Shown in pieces: positions 13,121-27,244 of a stretch of DNA of 64,000 nucleotides. The notes beneath the pieces are model-generated. The model searched no databases. It was given only the letters and a program-made list of their open reading frames with translations, and was not told where the DNA came from. Numbering within the stretch: position 1 is the stretch's first letter; each line of letters opens with the position of its first letter. The stretch lies in NCBI GenBank assembly GCA_964276515.1, contig OZ193909.1, positions 5,084,001 to 5,148,000 on the forward strand. Reading direction: 5' to 3'. Origin of the DNA: Gordius albopunctatus (lineage: Eukaryota). Both the position numbers and the translations under genes were made by a program.

Positions 13121-14011
13121 TAACGCTAGTTCATTTTTTGTTTTAATTTCACCAACACACATCGCGTATATAATTTAATCTATGAAACGTATTTTATTAC
13201 GTGAATTCATGCTACGACGGTTAAATTTTGTTTTACATTATTTTATTTATTATACATCACCAATTGCAGAATCACGGGCATTTTCGTTGTTATACCCCCT
13301 AGTAGAGACAATCTCATTTTAAGTGCGCTACTTTTTAGGGCAATTTTTGTACAAATGACGTTTTATGTATAGCATACCTTTTAGCGCGATAGCCAAATAA
13401 AATATATAATAAATATTTTCAAAGCGCCCTAATCCCAACCTTGCACGCAATAACGTTTAGGTCTTGACGGAAACTGATATAATTCGGATAATTTGGCTAT
13501 TTTTAACTAAAAATTTCAACTACATGTTTTTAGATAAAATACTGAATAAAGCATTTTCCTATGCTCGCAAATTGATTTTTTTTAATTTTAACCCTAAGAT
13601 CGTCGTCTTTAGGTTGACATAACTGAAACGGCTAAGCATGTAAACAATGATTATATTCCATCTGCTTGATATGCCTAAAATTCATTTATTTAATAAAAAA
13701 AATTAGAAGGGCTAAATTACAGCTAAAATTAAACAAGGCGATTAAGCAAACATTATCGTTAATTACAAGGTAAAAATGTATGAAGTAGGTGACTAGATAT
13801 TTATTGGCGATTTGAACATAAAATGACTAGAATTAAAGTTTTATTATAAAACACAAGTTAACTAGGACGTCAAAGACAAAAGATACTAGTGAACCAATTA
13901 ATCCAAAGCAGGTTGAAAATTCGAGTTCTATAAATTTAATCGCCTATGAATTAAAAGGAAATCCATTTACTTTAAAAATAGTGAGGACACCGGAATGCCC
14001 CGCCCCTTTAA

Positions 14012-14570
14012 CCCTCGAGAACATTCGTGATCGTGGGACACCACGGACCCCACGATAGTTATAAACTTAAATATAAAACGCGTTTAAAGACGAACTGATC
14101 TTGCCTTTTCAGAACTAAATTCGGGAAAAATTTTATAACTTTTGGCCCACTACTTTTTAAAATATAGCATCTTTTTGGCGACAGGGTCCTGTGTACCACA
14201 CGAATAAATGTTTGTATTTTTTTTATATCATCATATGCTTGTGCAATTATATTTTTTATGCATTTCTGACTTTCTTTTAATAAAAAATGATTTAATTTTG
14301 ATTCATTTTATAGTAATATGATGTTAAGAGGTAAAATGAGATGAGGCATTGAAATTAAAAAAATATGACATAGAAAAATAATAATTTTTGTAATATTGTT
14401 TAATTATTTATCAAAATTTATACCATCAATTAAGAGTCTTTACAAACATATATTCAAAATCTGAGATAATTTCAATAAATAGTTCGATAGTTATAAGAAG
14501 TTAAAAAATGGGGCCAAAAATACCCCAAGAATGCTCTCGCGTTCGGGATTTTCAGGAATGCTCTGGATGG
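14012..14570. mobile_element. piggyBac-like non-autonomous element
   Basis: TTAA|CCCTCGAGAACATTCGTGA ... TCAGGAATGCTCTGGATGG|TTAA: an imperfect ~19-bp TIR with TTAA on both sides, and a partial second copy of the TIR at ~14529. Confidence 0.65.
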
Positions 14571-14728
14571 TTAAAGAAACTTATATTTTTCGCTATAAAC
14601 AAATCACAGCACATGGACGATTAAAAAATGGTAATTCAAATAACGCGTTAGTGCCTAATTCATCAAAATAATACCCAGGACAAATTTTTATTCGCAAAAA
14701 AAGGTAAACTATTATAATCAAAGATCGT

Positions 14729-17700
14729 TTATTGAGCTACAATTCTTTGTGATTTCGGGATTTTGTATAATTTGGCGATATTCGATCCGAATTGTATGGC
14801 TTTCTTGATTAAGACGGAGGCTTGTTCTAGACCCCAAGCCTTGGCAACTAATCGGAGTAACATCTTATCACCCACGCCGGGGGGAAGGTTGAGATTGGCC
14901 TAACAAATTTAAAATATAGCCTTTAAAGGAAAAATATAATATCAGAAATACATTTATTAAGTTGTGAGGCCTAGCTTGTCAATGTGATAGGAGTTAAACT
15001 ATCTATAAGTCAATCGATAATTAAATTGGTAACTTTGATGCCCTTCCTTCTTCAGGTTAGTTTGTTAAGACCATATTAAAAAATATTTAAGTATGGTTTC
15101 CTATCAAACTAGATAATCTCGTTTCCTAAAGGTAAAACCCTGCAAAAATGTTTAAATGGCATGAGCCAACCAAGCTAAACATCTTTTTTAAATCTTAACT
15201 CTTAGGCAAATTACTTTTAAAATTTGTTTTCTCATATAAAAAGTATAAAATTATTTTTGTATTTGACGGTTTGATTATATTAATTTTTTATAATTACTGT
15301 ACATAAATGTATATCTGAGAACGAAATTCAACAATTTTTAACAAATGATTTTTTACAGGGAGGATGGACGGAAATTTAAAAGATGTAACACTATACGAAC
15401 GCTCGGTTTAGAGGCGAATTAAAAAAAAATTTAAGGGTTTAGATCAAATTTACTTTAGCCTGAGCTACCACCTGAAAGTCGGGCCCATTAGGACAGACCC
15501 GAACCCAATTCAATACTTTTTTGTACGAGCTCAGCCTATAATGCTAGAAGGGTGGTGGAGGTTAAATCATATCTATTTTAATAATATAATTTTGCGGACA
15601 TTCAACGCTAAAAACGTAATCATTATCGACAACCCTAATCTATCACCTTAGTCGAGGTGTATGATTAAAAACTTTAGATGAAAGGAGTTACCCAAAAAGG
15701 TATTTAAAATTTCAAAATATATATCCCTTTTATTGATTCTAAGGGTACTGTTCGCAATCATATATTAATTTAAACATCAACAAGCATTTTAAAACATCAC
15801 TTTAAAAACGGGGCGATCAAAATGGGAGAAAAGGCTATAACTTTATTATAATAAAAACCAATTAAAATATGATACACACTATGTACCTTGTGGGCCAGAG
15901 GCAACAATCTGACGTAATCGACAAAGTCCTCGTCCAAAAAGGGAAATCTAGCTTCTTTCCCGTGAGAGCTAATGATCCTAAAATAAAATATTTTACAATA
16001 CCACTAAGGTGAGCTTTTCATTATTGATAAATGTAAATAAAATCAATCATCCCTAAATCTTTGATAATAATTGAGTTACCGCCATACTTGAATAATAATT
16101 ACAAACTCGGGCCTTCGGCCCTCGTGGGAAGGGAAGGGGGAACGAAACTCATCTATACTCCGTATAAACGAAGCATATTTGCTATGCAATTTATGGGCGA
16201 GAAAGGTCGGAAGGGGCAGAAATGCCTATAGAGGGGTATTAAATGCAAAATGTTTAGTTAATTATTTATGCAAATTTTCCATTTAATTAAAAAAAATTGC
16301 CGTCGCCGGGATTCGAACTCACATTAAAAGCCTTTGTAGCACAGGGACCCATATCAATAGAGGCATAGGCCCTTGTAGGGGAGGGCATAGGGTAATTATC
16401 AATGTTAACCTATTCAAAAACAAAAAACGAAAAACTTGGATTTATTTAGCCAATGGTCATTTTTTCATTGGTCAGTAGCCTGCGGACGGTCAAAAAGTCA
16501 TATTATCCATGGTATTAACAAGAACATAATATTAATTTAATTTAAAAAAAAGTAAAAAATTTTTGTCCTCCCCGGGTCTCGATCCCCAACCTGCAAGTCA
16601 GTAAGCTGTCGAAGTCCGTTAGACAAAGTCTTAACATGGGAAATTTATAAGTTGGTAAAGGTTTGTATCCCCCAGCCAAATAAAACAAGGTGGAGTCGGG
16701 TGTATATGATGTTATCCAAAGCCAATGAGCTATAATTTTAAATCAAAAATCTAATTTTATTTTAGACAAACAATTGTTTAAACATAATGGTTCAACGATA
16801 TATGAACGCCGAATTGGGGTTGGACGCTGAAGAAATCAAGCTATTAATTGATAAAGAAGCCTTTTCGAAGCCATTTTATGAAACAATTTTTTAACTTAGT
16901 TCTGAAAGTTTTTGTACTATAGGCTTAGTTCAGATCTATTTCGAGGATATGGTTGAGCATTTAGAGTCCTATCGGATCATTTGCGAGAATCCCCTGTGAA
17001 CGGCACTAGTAAAATGCTATCCAAAATGTTGCACTATAGAGAAACTATGACCACATTTGCAAATTTTGTGGCAAACATATTAGACCCTCGAATAAAACGA
17101 GATTTAATGCTATAAAGTATAAACAAAGAGGTGCATTTTAACACCTTCTGTGACTTGTTTAAAAAGTACGAATTAAATGACACTTTAGCAGTGGAAGTGT
17201 CGGCCACAGGCATGTAAAAAACTTTTTAATTAAATTAAATCTATTTCCTTTTTATAGGGGACATCGAGTGCTGATAAATAATGAAATATCACGGTACCTA
17301 AGGGATGCCCCAGTATGTCTGAAAACAAATTATGGCTTTATGGTGCTCGAACGAGAGCACTTACATAAAATTAAGTAGGATGCCCAAAGATTCACTACCT
17401 ATTAATCAAATTGAATAAAAGAGAAAGTAAGGCGGCCATCTTTAAATGGTCATAAATTGCTCAAAAAAGGGTATTTTATTTATCATAAAATATTCTGTAT
17501 GAAGCAATGCATGGTATATAGATATGTCATCAGGTAAATGCGATGTTGAGATAAGTTTGTGTTCTAATTCTCCCAAGCATTTAGAAGCGGGCCCGCCCAT
17601 ATTTCTGTTTCTTCAATCCAGTCAGGTATATCTCCCTCTGACATGGTTTAAGACCAATATTAGCTATTTTTTAAATTAGGATTCGCCACATTTTGGCCCT

Positions 17701-20700
17701 TAACATCACGTTCATCATGGGTATGCAATGATGCTGACACAAATATTACCACCCTGCCAAATGACTCATATAGTATGCGTTGTCTGACCGCACGCTGAGG
17801 TCTACGAGCTTTAACCATTTTATATGTAAAAAATGTACACAGCTGAAATTATAAGGGTACAAATTAAGGGGAATTTTTTTTGCATTTTTAAGGTTTTTTT
17901 TTATTAAATGTTAGGTTTTTTTATAAAAAGTTCAGATTTTCCATCATTTGTTCAGAGTTTTATTACACTTGCCTAGTTTTTTTATGCAAAGTGGTTTTAA
18001 CCTTTAAATAAAAACAGATAGGTGCGGGATTCGAACCTACGAGGTATTGAAGCAACCCACAGACTCAAACCAATGAGCCTTTAGACTCCAAAATATGGTT
18101 TGCTTAAAAAATCTCATAAAAACTTCTTATATAAAAATTTATCACTTTATTGCTTATCTTAAAGATTTACAAAAAGAAAATTTAAATAGAATCAATAAAG
18201 GTAAAATTATAAAGCCAAAATCCAAACATAATATATATACTTCCAGGATCTAAAGACATTTAATACTTCCCAGTGTCATAGAAATATTAATTGGATAAAA
18301 TGTCGGGTTATGATGGTCCATGCAGATTAATTAAAAAACCCTCAATTGTAATTGCTATATTATAGCTACACTTGGTACAGTATATAAGCTACACAGCATA
18401 TATTTTCTATCAATTGTTTTACATCTCCCGCCCACAATTCATTTTTTGAAAATAATATCAATTGTTTTATACTTCCCGTCCACAATTCTATCTTTGAAGA
18501 TAATGAAAGTTTCTCATAAGGAAGCACCAGCTTACGTATCGGACTACAAAATAAACGCGAAAAGGTTCGTCCTTGCAAGGGAGTTGTTACTTGGAAAAAT
18601 TAATTACATATGCAAATGTATCTGAAGCGAAAAAATACGTAGAAGAAAATAAAATTTAGAATTATTGGTGTAAGAACAATACCAAAATAGGAGAGTTTAT
18701 TACAGGTAATTATGCTTTTAAATGTTTAAATTTTTCAGATATATAAGGTCAAATATCGTGGCCCTCGGTGTGCTGGAAGATTATACCTATTATATGAATC
18801 AATTACTGATAGGGTTATAATATTTCGGTCAATTCATCACATACACATGATGAACTTGATATTAAGGGGTCAAAATTTGACACAAGCGAAATTAAAAAAT
18901 GGTTTCAATGGGTCTTAAACCAAAATCTATATTCAATAATCTTCAAAAGTCAGAGCAGGTGCCGTCATTAAATCAATCTTGAAATTAGCGTAGTGGTTTG
19001 AAAAAACAAATATGACCCCACATCTATAAGCTTGGGAGAATTAGAACAGTGGCTTACCTCTAAATCACATTGTTTCTTACAGAATATCCTACGAAAACTG
19101 TTAATTTAAGTTTTTAATATCAACAAAAAGGTAATATGTATGTCTCATATTAAATAAATTTATTTAGGTTACCCATATATTCTCAATTTTCTAAATTATT
19201 ACATGCTGATGACACGTTGAAAAATGATCACTCATTAATTAAATTTTTCAGGATAAAATTAAAAATCTTTAATAAAAAATTGAAAAATCGAATCGAAAAT
19301 TGAGCCCAAATTACTGAGCATTATGGAATTTTTCACGGTGCATTTAAATAACAGTCACTGTAATACATCATTGTTTAACAACACAAGAGAGCTCCTAAAA
19401 ACATATAAATTTACTTAATTTCATAACATTCTTGTAGCCAATCCTTCTTCTGCTGAAGCGTCGTCATCTAATTCATATTCATTTTTAAAAAGGTCACAAA
19501 AGGTGTCAAAATACACTCTTTGTTTAACTCAGCTGGCATATTGAATCTCGTTCATTTCTAGAATTTAATATGTTGGCCACAAGATTTACAAATGTGGCCA
19601 ATGTTTCTTTATACCCTAGTTCGGGGCATCAACAAGTAATTGGTTTCCACTCTTTATCCTTTAGCATGGGCTTAGCCAGGATTGGATTTAGAGGGGGGGG
19701 CAATAATGATTTAGGGAGGGGCAAAATGATAATTTTTAATAATTTTGGCTATAATTTTTGATTAGATGAGGGGCAGAAGCCCATCCCTGCCACCCCCTGG
19801 CTAGGCCTATGTACTTTAGGACTCTAAATGCTCCACCAGAAGCGCGAAATAGATTTGTACCAGAGCCATGGTAAAGAAACTCGCAGGAAAAAGATTAAGA
19901 ATTGTCTAATAAAATGACTTTAGTAAGGCTTGTATATCGAGCAAACACTTTATTTTCCTCAACGAGCAAACTCATCTTCGTCTTTATATACCGTTGGAGC
20001 ATAATATTTAAAAACTCTTACGGTTCTAAAATAAAATTAAGAAAATATTATAGTTCCTTTAAATATTATCTCGTTCGCCTTGGGCAATATAAGATGCACC
20101 CAATTTCCTAAAGTGTTATTCGGTTAAGGGATGCAGACAAATAGAGTTTGTAAAACTCTCCTGTAGAGATAAAGAATGGTTTTATGGTCTTTAGAATTTA
20201 AAAGACTTTTTCTAACGGACCTTTAAAAACACCAAGACCCTCCTGAATTACTAAATTTAATATATGGCAGACATAGCTATGATGATAAAACGTCACATTT
20301 TATCCGACCTATAAAATGTCTTTAAATACTTCACGGCATTAATTTCATTAGAGGTATTGCCCGTAGTAATTAAAATGACCTTATTTGTGATTCCAAAATC
20401 TCCCAGAATCTCCATTAAACATAGACCCTTATGGGGGTAGGGGATATTCATAATATCAAGTAGCGATATTTTTAAATTTCCAGAAGTCGATATGCAACGT
20501 AGAATAATTTATTAATCCCGGTACAACAGAGGGTCGTTAATGAAATTTTACACGTTAGAGATGTTAGGACTTGCTTTACTATATTTTTTTAAATTAAATA
20601 TAGTTCACTGAGCCTTTCCTTCCCATTTACTTTGCCAAATTATCGCACTATTGGTTTAGTATTTTATTAACGACGATAGGTATGGGCTGCTGTCAAACAT

Positions 20701-23700
20701 ATTAATTGATAGACTTTCTTTCATTATAAGATTACATTTCATTATTAATCCCAGTATATTGTTTAGGTACGAGGATTTTTGAATTTAGGGATTCATCTAT
20801 TTTACAAGGCTATGGCAGCATCCCATGACACATTTCATAACGCGATTTAATATTGCCTATAAAATTATGAAAAATGGCTTTAATAATTTTGTTGTGGGGT
20901 TTTTGAAAATATTTATTGCACCCCGAGCATTTTTTCTATATTATTTTCGGTGTCGAAACATAAAAGTTATATTATTTATGACTCTAAGATTATAAATAAA
21001 CGAGGTTTATAAATACTTCCACCGTTTGGAATAGGAAATAGTTTTCCTCGAAGGAAGAACTCATCATATGTATAAAATTTTTAAAGGAAAAACCTGAGGC
21101 AATAAAATGCAAAGAAAAATCATGATGGATGGGTAAACTAGCTAACAGTGCCCTCTGCCTTTCCTCGTCAAGTTAAGCCATTTTTACAGCGATACTATTA
21201 ATTTTTTAGGGGTAAGGGGGTATTTCTACCGAGCAATATTTCGTAGTAATAGGGAATTACTGGTTCTCACTAAACACCGTGTTTTAAGAATACCATATTT
21301 TCCCAAAATAGCTATCGCAATGGCAAGCCTAGCACGCTGCATATAACAATCTGTCGCCTCCTCTAAGTCCACTCTCGACCACTAGCCCGTAATTTTTATT
21401 ATTATTTTAAAAAACCTTTAGGTAAGCCTAAAAGTTTTTGGACTAATAAGTTTATAGCCTCTAGGTCTTTTAACATCTTAACCCAAAACCGCTAGTTTGG
21501 ACTTGGAAAATCCTAGGGTTTTTCCATCGCTAACATGCACTTTACAAATATTTTATTGATGTTAATTTATACTTTTGATATGAAACCTGACTAGTAAAAT
21601 TTTTTATGTTAAATTTCTGATAAATAGTGATTTCATGCAAAACAACTTTACACTTACCTATCGTCTCTGCCTAAATTGACGAGATAGACCGATTTAATAT
21701 CTTCTCGCAGCATGGTTTCCAATTCTTTTATCCTACCCAAACTGAATAATATCAAACAATATTAACTCTAGGCTAAAGTTAACAAAGGCTAGGATTAGGA
21801 ATATATCAAAAAGCTATATCATTTACAATTACAATTGATTTCCAGAGCTAATATTTAAACAAATTTGGGTTATTTACCCAAACTCTTTTCGGTGTTTGCT
21901 ATACCCAGCTAATAATTCATCGGCACCAAATCCGGAAAACAAAACCTATGAAAATAAGATAAGATAAGCAACTGCCACATTGCACATACTACGCTAACGG
22001 AAGAAAAGTAAAAATTTACTTAAAAAAACAAATTTAGGCCTATTATGCCTGCCTCGGTATACAATTAGAGATATTCAAACTTAATTAAAAAGAAAAACAA
22101 TTGCATACAAAAAGATTAATATTGGTAGATAGGGTCAAAATAAAGGTAGAAATTAGGCCCACAGCAATAATATATTGTCTTACTACATTTCAACAATTAA
22201 ATTCAAAATTTTGATCGATTTTGGTTGAAATCAAGGACCTGTGCGCTACTGTCGTATTCCCCTAGTCTGGATACGTTGCCTTTCGAATAGCTGCTCAATT
22301 GACCCCGACCGCTGGCTGCGAACCACAAGGCAGGACCAATGCTTTTATCCAATATGGCATCGTGTCCTGGCGCTATAAGGTACTTAATCTCTGATTCCCT
22401 GTTTTATAAAACATTTGTAATCAACAAAAAATGAGACAAATTTAATTAAAGCAAAACCCATGTATTATGTGACAAAAAGACTCGATATGGCATTTTAATT
22501 AATTTCTACAATTTTTGACTGCTGATAAGCGTTTTTAATAGTTTGCGGAAAAAGTAAAACAATAAAAATGGTCTTTATGTAGGGGATTTCAAATTAGTAA
22601 TAATAGTACATGTTTTCGCACTTAAAGCACGGTTTGACACGGAAAAAAATAATTTTAATGTATCTCATTTAATATGGCTCAAAAATTTTCAACGAGAAAT
22701 ATATTTAGTCTACCTAATTGCATGCCTAACTTCAAACCGTACTAAATTTCATGCACATAGAGTAACTTATCTAACAAAAAATAATGTGTTTTTTTCAAAC
22801 AATTTACAAGAAAATTTGAACTCGTTAATTATATATTTTGAAGATATGCGAAAAACATATTGTATTCTTAGATTTAAAACATAACTTACACCGCCTTTTC
22901 TAGCGTTTCACGGCTGACGTCAATCTGCAAAAAATACCGTAAAAATTAAAATGCGATAACACAAAATTTTTAACAAGTTTAACATTTAATATATATTAAA
23001 GGTATAATTTCGTTAGCTATCTCTTTATTTATGCTAAAACAAAAATTAAAGAGCCCTTACTTGAATGAAATTCCAAGTTCTGTTAGGATTTAGATTGGCT
23101 AATGTGCCCACGCCGGCCAAGGCATTTTCACGATCTTTAATGGGACATTTTGGAGGAAATTCTTGGTTCGTTAAATCCTTTTCGTGAAAAGCGACATTCA
23201 ACAAGTCGATTGACTCCTTTGGATCTAAAATTCTGTAAGATAATTCAACATTTTAAACTTTGACTGCTTGACAAAAATACTGTTATAAAATTTAATTTTA
23301 AAAACAAAAATAAGGTGGGCAGTTTGGGTTTATTAACAAAAATTTAAGGTAAATAAAAGTAGAATATTATGAAAGATGTCGAGGTGTCAGTCTATTTTTC
23401 GATAAGTTTAAATTTCAGGGAAAATTTACGCTTGAACAAATTAACTGCTTCAGTTTAAATATAATAAATTGAGACACAAAAAGGATTTCTTCCCAAATCT
23501 ATCAACAATTCCAATTTAACCTCAGATAAGGTTCAAATTCAAACGAACGTTTTTTACTGCACGTTTAGAGGCAAAATAAATATTTTTATTACTCTCCTAT
23601 ATACTAAATTTATTTAACAATCGGGAAATTTGGGTTACTGAATAGATTCAAGGTTAAAATATTGCCTTCGAGAAGGTTCTACAAACATTGAATCCTTGTA

Positions 23701-26700
23701 TAAGTGTTAAAGACGTAAGGCAGTAATGCAAAAATTTGAGACACATATTTAGCCCATTCCAAAAGTATTTAATCAGGCTGTAAATTTTAAACAACATCCC
23801 TGAACTAGTAATTAATATGTTATCCAATTCGGACTTTAATAAAATCAATGATATATTGTAATTGCAAGGTAAAAACGATATTATGATGCCATATACCCCG
23901 CCGTCCGACCCTCAAATTTTGGTGGATATTGCCCCGCCTTTGGACCGTTCTCGCAATGTATCATTACTAAGCAGGCGCTCTTTAGAAACACTCTTTTTTT
24001 ATAAATTCCAAAAACAAATTCTTGCTCACTTATCGAGTAAGAAGCTGATGACCATACTATCCAATCCTCCGCTAAATAGCACACCCACTTTAGGGTGCTC
24101 ACACACGGCATTATCGTAATTTAAGGGGATTCGAGGATCGGGGGTTGTGTAACTTGAATGGGGCAAGTGGTGAGTCTTGCAATTTTTACAGTTATAAGGC
24201 GTGCTGTTGACTACCCGTAAACGCACCGATTCGTGTAGCAAATTGGCGAAATTGGTGAAAACTTGGTGTGGGATATCGTTGGTCATTAAATCGTGGATTA
24301 TGAAGGGTATTATAGGAACCTCCCACCTCGGCATTTCTACCATCTGCAGTGATTGTAATTTAAATTGCACAATTTATTTGATATGAAAACACATTTATTC
24401 AGGAATGATATAAAATCAAAGAGCATAAAGGACAAATAAACAATTGTAGCTTTTCAAAAATAACAACTAAACAATTTGATTCTTTTAAAAGTATAAATTT
24501 TATTAAATATATGCAAATTTCTTCTACGAGAAAGCGTGCCAGTAAAGAGTCTTTCCACCTCGGTTAACATTAAAGATTGCTGAGAAATGTAATATTAGTT
24601 TACGAGGTTACAATACTAAAGGATATCTTAGGTTAAAAACCCATAAAAAGCTTCTTATACATTTTAGCTTTCAAGAAAATATAATGGTTTTAGGCACATT
24701 TTTTATCTTTAGCTTTGGGCCATTTTATCTAATAATTTTCTATACTAACGTTAAATCCTCTTAACTCCAGCAAACATTGCACAAGTGTCAAAAAAATTAT
24801 TGGTATAAATATTTTTGTACTCACTATTTTTCCTAAAAATCAATCCCACAATAGTATTAGCTAATTAATATCTGTCTATTTACAGCAGTATCCAACAAAA
24901 AAATAAGTTCACTAAGTTAGTCATTAATAAATTACACACGAGTTTACAGCATAATAAATTTTGAGTTTACCATAGGGTCAGGATAGGGAATATGCTTGAT
25001 TTCAGGCAGGTTTTGGGTAGGAGTATTAAAATTTATTTTGTATAGCCCAGGGCAGAGTTCACGATACCCCTGATAAAAATGCAATATAATCATATTGAAG
25101 CAAAAATTTTACAAGTATATGATAAAATTCAAAATAAAATATTGTAATAATTTTGGTTGAAGTCAACAATTAAAACTAGGTTAGAGGTGATGCTATCCTG
25201 ATTACACTGTATTTAAACAGCTCAAATTAAAGGTTAAAATATAGGTTAATAGTAACTCAATTATGAATTCATATGCTTCTGTTTAATTATTGTTATAAAA
25301 TTTATTTTATATTTAAAAATTCACTTAATTCTGAACAAAAAATAACATCTTTATCATATAAATGGTAAATAGAAGTTCCAGTTAAAAATATTTATACAGA
25401 TACAAAGTGACCATTTTGGCAAATATTTGGAAATAAGCTTTCAAACATTCAAAAAATGTGACAACAAAATTGTCAGAATGAATTTAAAAAAGTTACAAAA
25501 AATGTTTAGAAACTAAAAATTTAAGATGACAAGAAATTGTGAAAATTAACAGGCTACTGTACAAGTTTTAGTTGATCACAAAATACGTATTTTATAACTA
25601 ATAATAAAATTATTCATTCAACATAATATTCATTTTGAAAAAAGCAAAAGCATGAAAAGAATTTAGAGACATTAATTAGTGGATTTATTAATCAGTGCCT
25701 TTAGAAATTATGCTAAATCAGAAGAATCCTTTGAATTTTTCTTGGATTTTAAATGTTAATAAATCCTTTGTTAAGTCATTAATGTTTTTTTGTAATTTGT
25801 TATAATCTCGATAAAAAGTTTTAAAAAGGGTGGTTGCAAAGCTTTCAAGATATTTATTAAACACAAGAGTAAGTTTTCCTTAAATTTTATGTTTTGTTTA
25901 TATACGGCTATTTAACTTTATAGAATATATTACATTGAGTCTAAATTTTGACCACATTTATGTAAAAACATCTAAATATAGTAAAACTTTTTATAAAAAT
26001 AATTGCTTTCATATAAAACAAATGCTACATTTGTAGTTATATTAAAGGCAATTTTTGACATCCTGTGTGTGAATAATTCTCATAGAGTTTAATGCAATTA
26101 GCTGATAGAAATCATTTGTTAAAGTCACAAGCAAGATATGGCATTATAGTGTTCACGATTAAAAAGATTTTCTTTATATTTCTTAATTAACTCATAAAAA
26201 TTTTATCTCTTAAATGGTCGGCAATTAATATTAAAAAATGGTGGTGTTTATCACCATTTAAAATGTAAAATAAAATAAATTTTATTAATTAAAATCTACA
26301 AAAAATATATACTTAATAAGTATTGAAAAATAATTCATATTTTTTAATATATTGTAAATTTAAAAGAATCGGAATATTGGCATCTATTGTATGTTACTTT
26401 ATATATGTAAAAATAAAAATTTATTAAACTTAAGTTTTCTCACTTGTAATAAATATTGACATTTATTAATGAGATTTTTGATTAAATTTTTTAATAAAAT
26501 ACAGAAATTAAACTTATTGTCAATATACACATGTACTTAAACATTATTAACCACAACAAATAATAAAATTTCTTTTTAAAACATGTTTTTCATATCAATA
26601 ATAATCTTATTTTTAATTTTTTTATTACTTGGGGATCTACATCATCTCTTGGTAATATTGATGAAATTATCAATTGTGTATCAGAAAATTTGACAAGTAA

Positions 26701-27244
26701 GCTTCGCCTACCAAATCTATCTTTTCCAAACCACAACTCGTTACGAGTATTCTATTCAAAAATAATTGTTCAAGATCATTAAAAAAATTACATGCCAAAA
26801 GACAAATGAGAATGGACCAACAATTGTTTGAAGCAAACATGAAATATCATCCGATCTGTCAAGTTCATTAACTAGATAATCTGTATCATTTAATTTTAAC
26901 TAATAATTAGTTATCTAATTTTGAAATCATACCTTAATTCCTCTAAATATTTCCCCATTAAAGCACAAAATATTTCCATTAGAAGACACTGCAGGTTGAG
27001 GTACAATATTTTCCCCTCGTATGCTTAAAACACTTCCAATAAGTAAAAGAGCACATCTCTCAAGGAGTATTTTACATTGGTTCAAACAATCTGGGCCCCT
27101 TTTTTCGAGATCCAATATCAAACCATGTGCCTATGATATTTAAGACTGCATGTTATAAATCAACAATACAAAATTCAAAATTGCACAGCTTACAGGAACA
27201 AATTTATGTCTCTCATAATCAACACAACAAAATATACCGCACAT
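14729..27244 (-). CDS. ASNSD1: Asparagine synthetase domain-containing protein 1 (~557 aa, 13 exons)
   Basis: Exons 27244-27194, 27130-26933, 26899-26792, 26751-26629, 25069-24971, 24343-24030, 23232-23061, 22924-22890, 22398-22239, 21945-21878, 21741-21658, 15977-15887, 14899-14729 join in frame. Motifs: MCGIF, RGPD, LCFNGEIF, FGKDRFGRRSLL, VGVLFSGGLDS, IDLLNVAF, SIGPALWFAA, GADELLAGYSKH, NLGRDDR, GKEARFPFLDE, KKAIQFGS. Confidence 0.93.
16095..16620 (-). mobile_element. Second copy of the DINE-1/HINE-like element (3' part), inside an ASNSD1 intron
   Basis: Hairpin GGGCC-TTC-GGCCC at ~16109-16121; TTTGCTATGCAATTTATGGGC at 16178-16198, inverted relative to 1300-1320; 16300-16600 closely matches the repeat units at 610-1220. 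Confidence 0.65.
16625..17400 (+). mobile_element. Degenerate hAT transposase remnant
   Basis: Translates to VCIPQPNKTRWSRVYMMLSKA (TRW motif) and ANILDPRIK, interrupted by stops and frameshifts. Confidence 0.65.
18015..18090 (-). pseudogene. tRNA-like sequence (degenerate, probably repeat-borne)
   Basis: The minus strand reads ...CCTCGTAGGTTCGAATCCCGCACCTATCTG, with a canonical B-box/T-loop. No convincing acceptor or D stem. Confidence 0.35.
18540..19230 (+). mobile_element. Degenerate Mutator-like (MULE) transposase remnant
   Basis: Fragments RVYYR..KVKYRGPRCAGRLYLLYES...HHTH and LHADDT (resembling the MULE LHADxT catalytic-D motif), with small intron-like gaps, stops and frameshifts. Confidence 0.55.
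19450..20900 (-). mobile_element. Degenerate hAT transposase remnant, homologous to 16625-17400
   Basis: The minus strand gives DFGITNKVILITTGNTSN (TTDNASN-like) and VCHILNLVIQEGL. Nucleotide similarity to the 16.9-kb copy (shared GAGCATTTAGAGTCCTA) in opposite orientation. Confidence 0.65.
19665..19811. mobile_element. CATGGGCGTAGCC-family MITE nested in the hAT remnant
   Basis: TIRs CATGGGCTTAGCCAG / CTGGCTAGGCCTATG; 8-bp TSD TCCTTTAG/TACTTTAG. Confidence 0.85.

Noticed and set aside
18015..18090. Functional tRNA (Ser/Leu/Sec-type)
   Set aside because: Only the T-loop/B-box is convincing. The T stem has mismatches and no acceptor or anticodon stem could be folded.
23865..23930. Possible degenerate duplicate of the ASNSD1 SGGLDS exon end (GGVYGIIISFL)
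   Set aside because: The similarity is short, includes a stop and has low nucleotide identity; compatible with chance.
24520..24579. Possible extra ASNSD1 exon (QSLMLTEVERLFTG)
   Set aside because: A good acceptor but only a weak in-phase donor. The flanking exons already join in frame without it.
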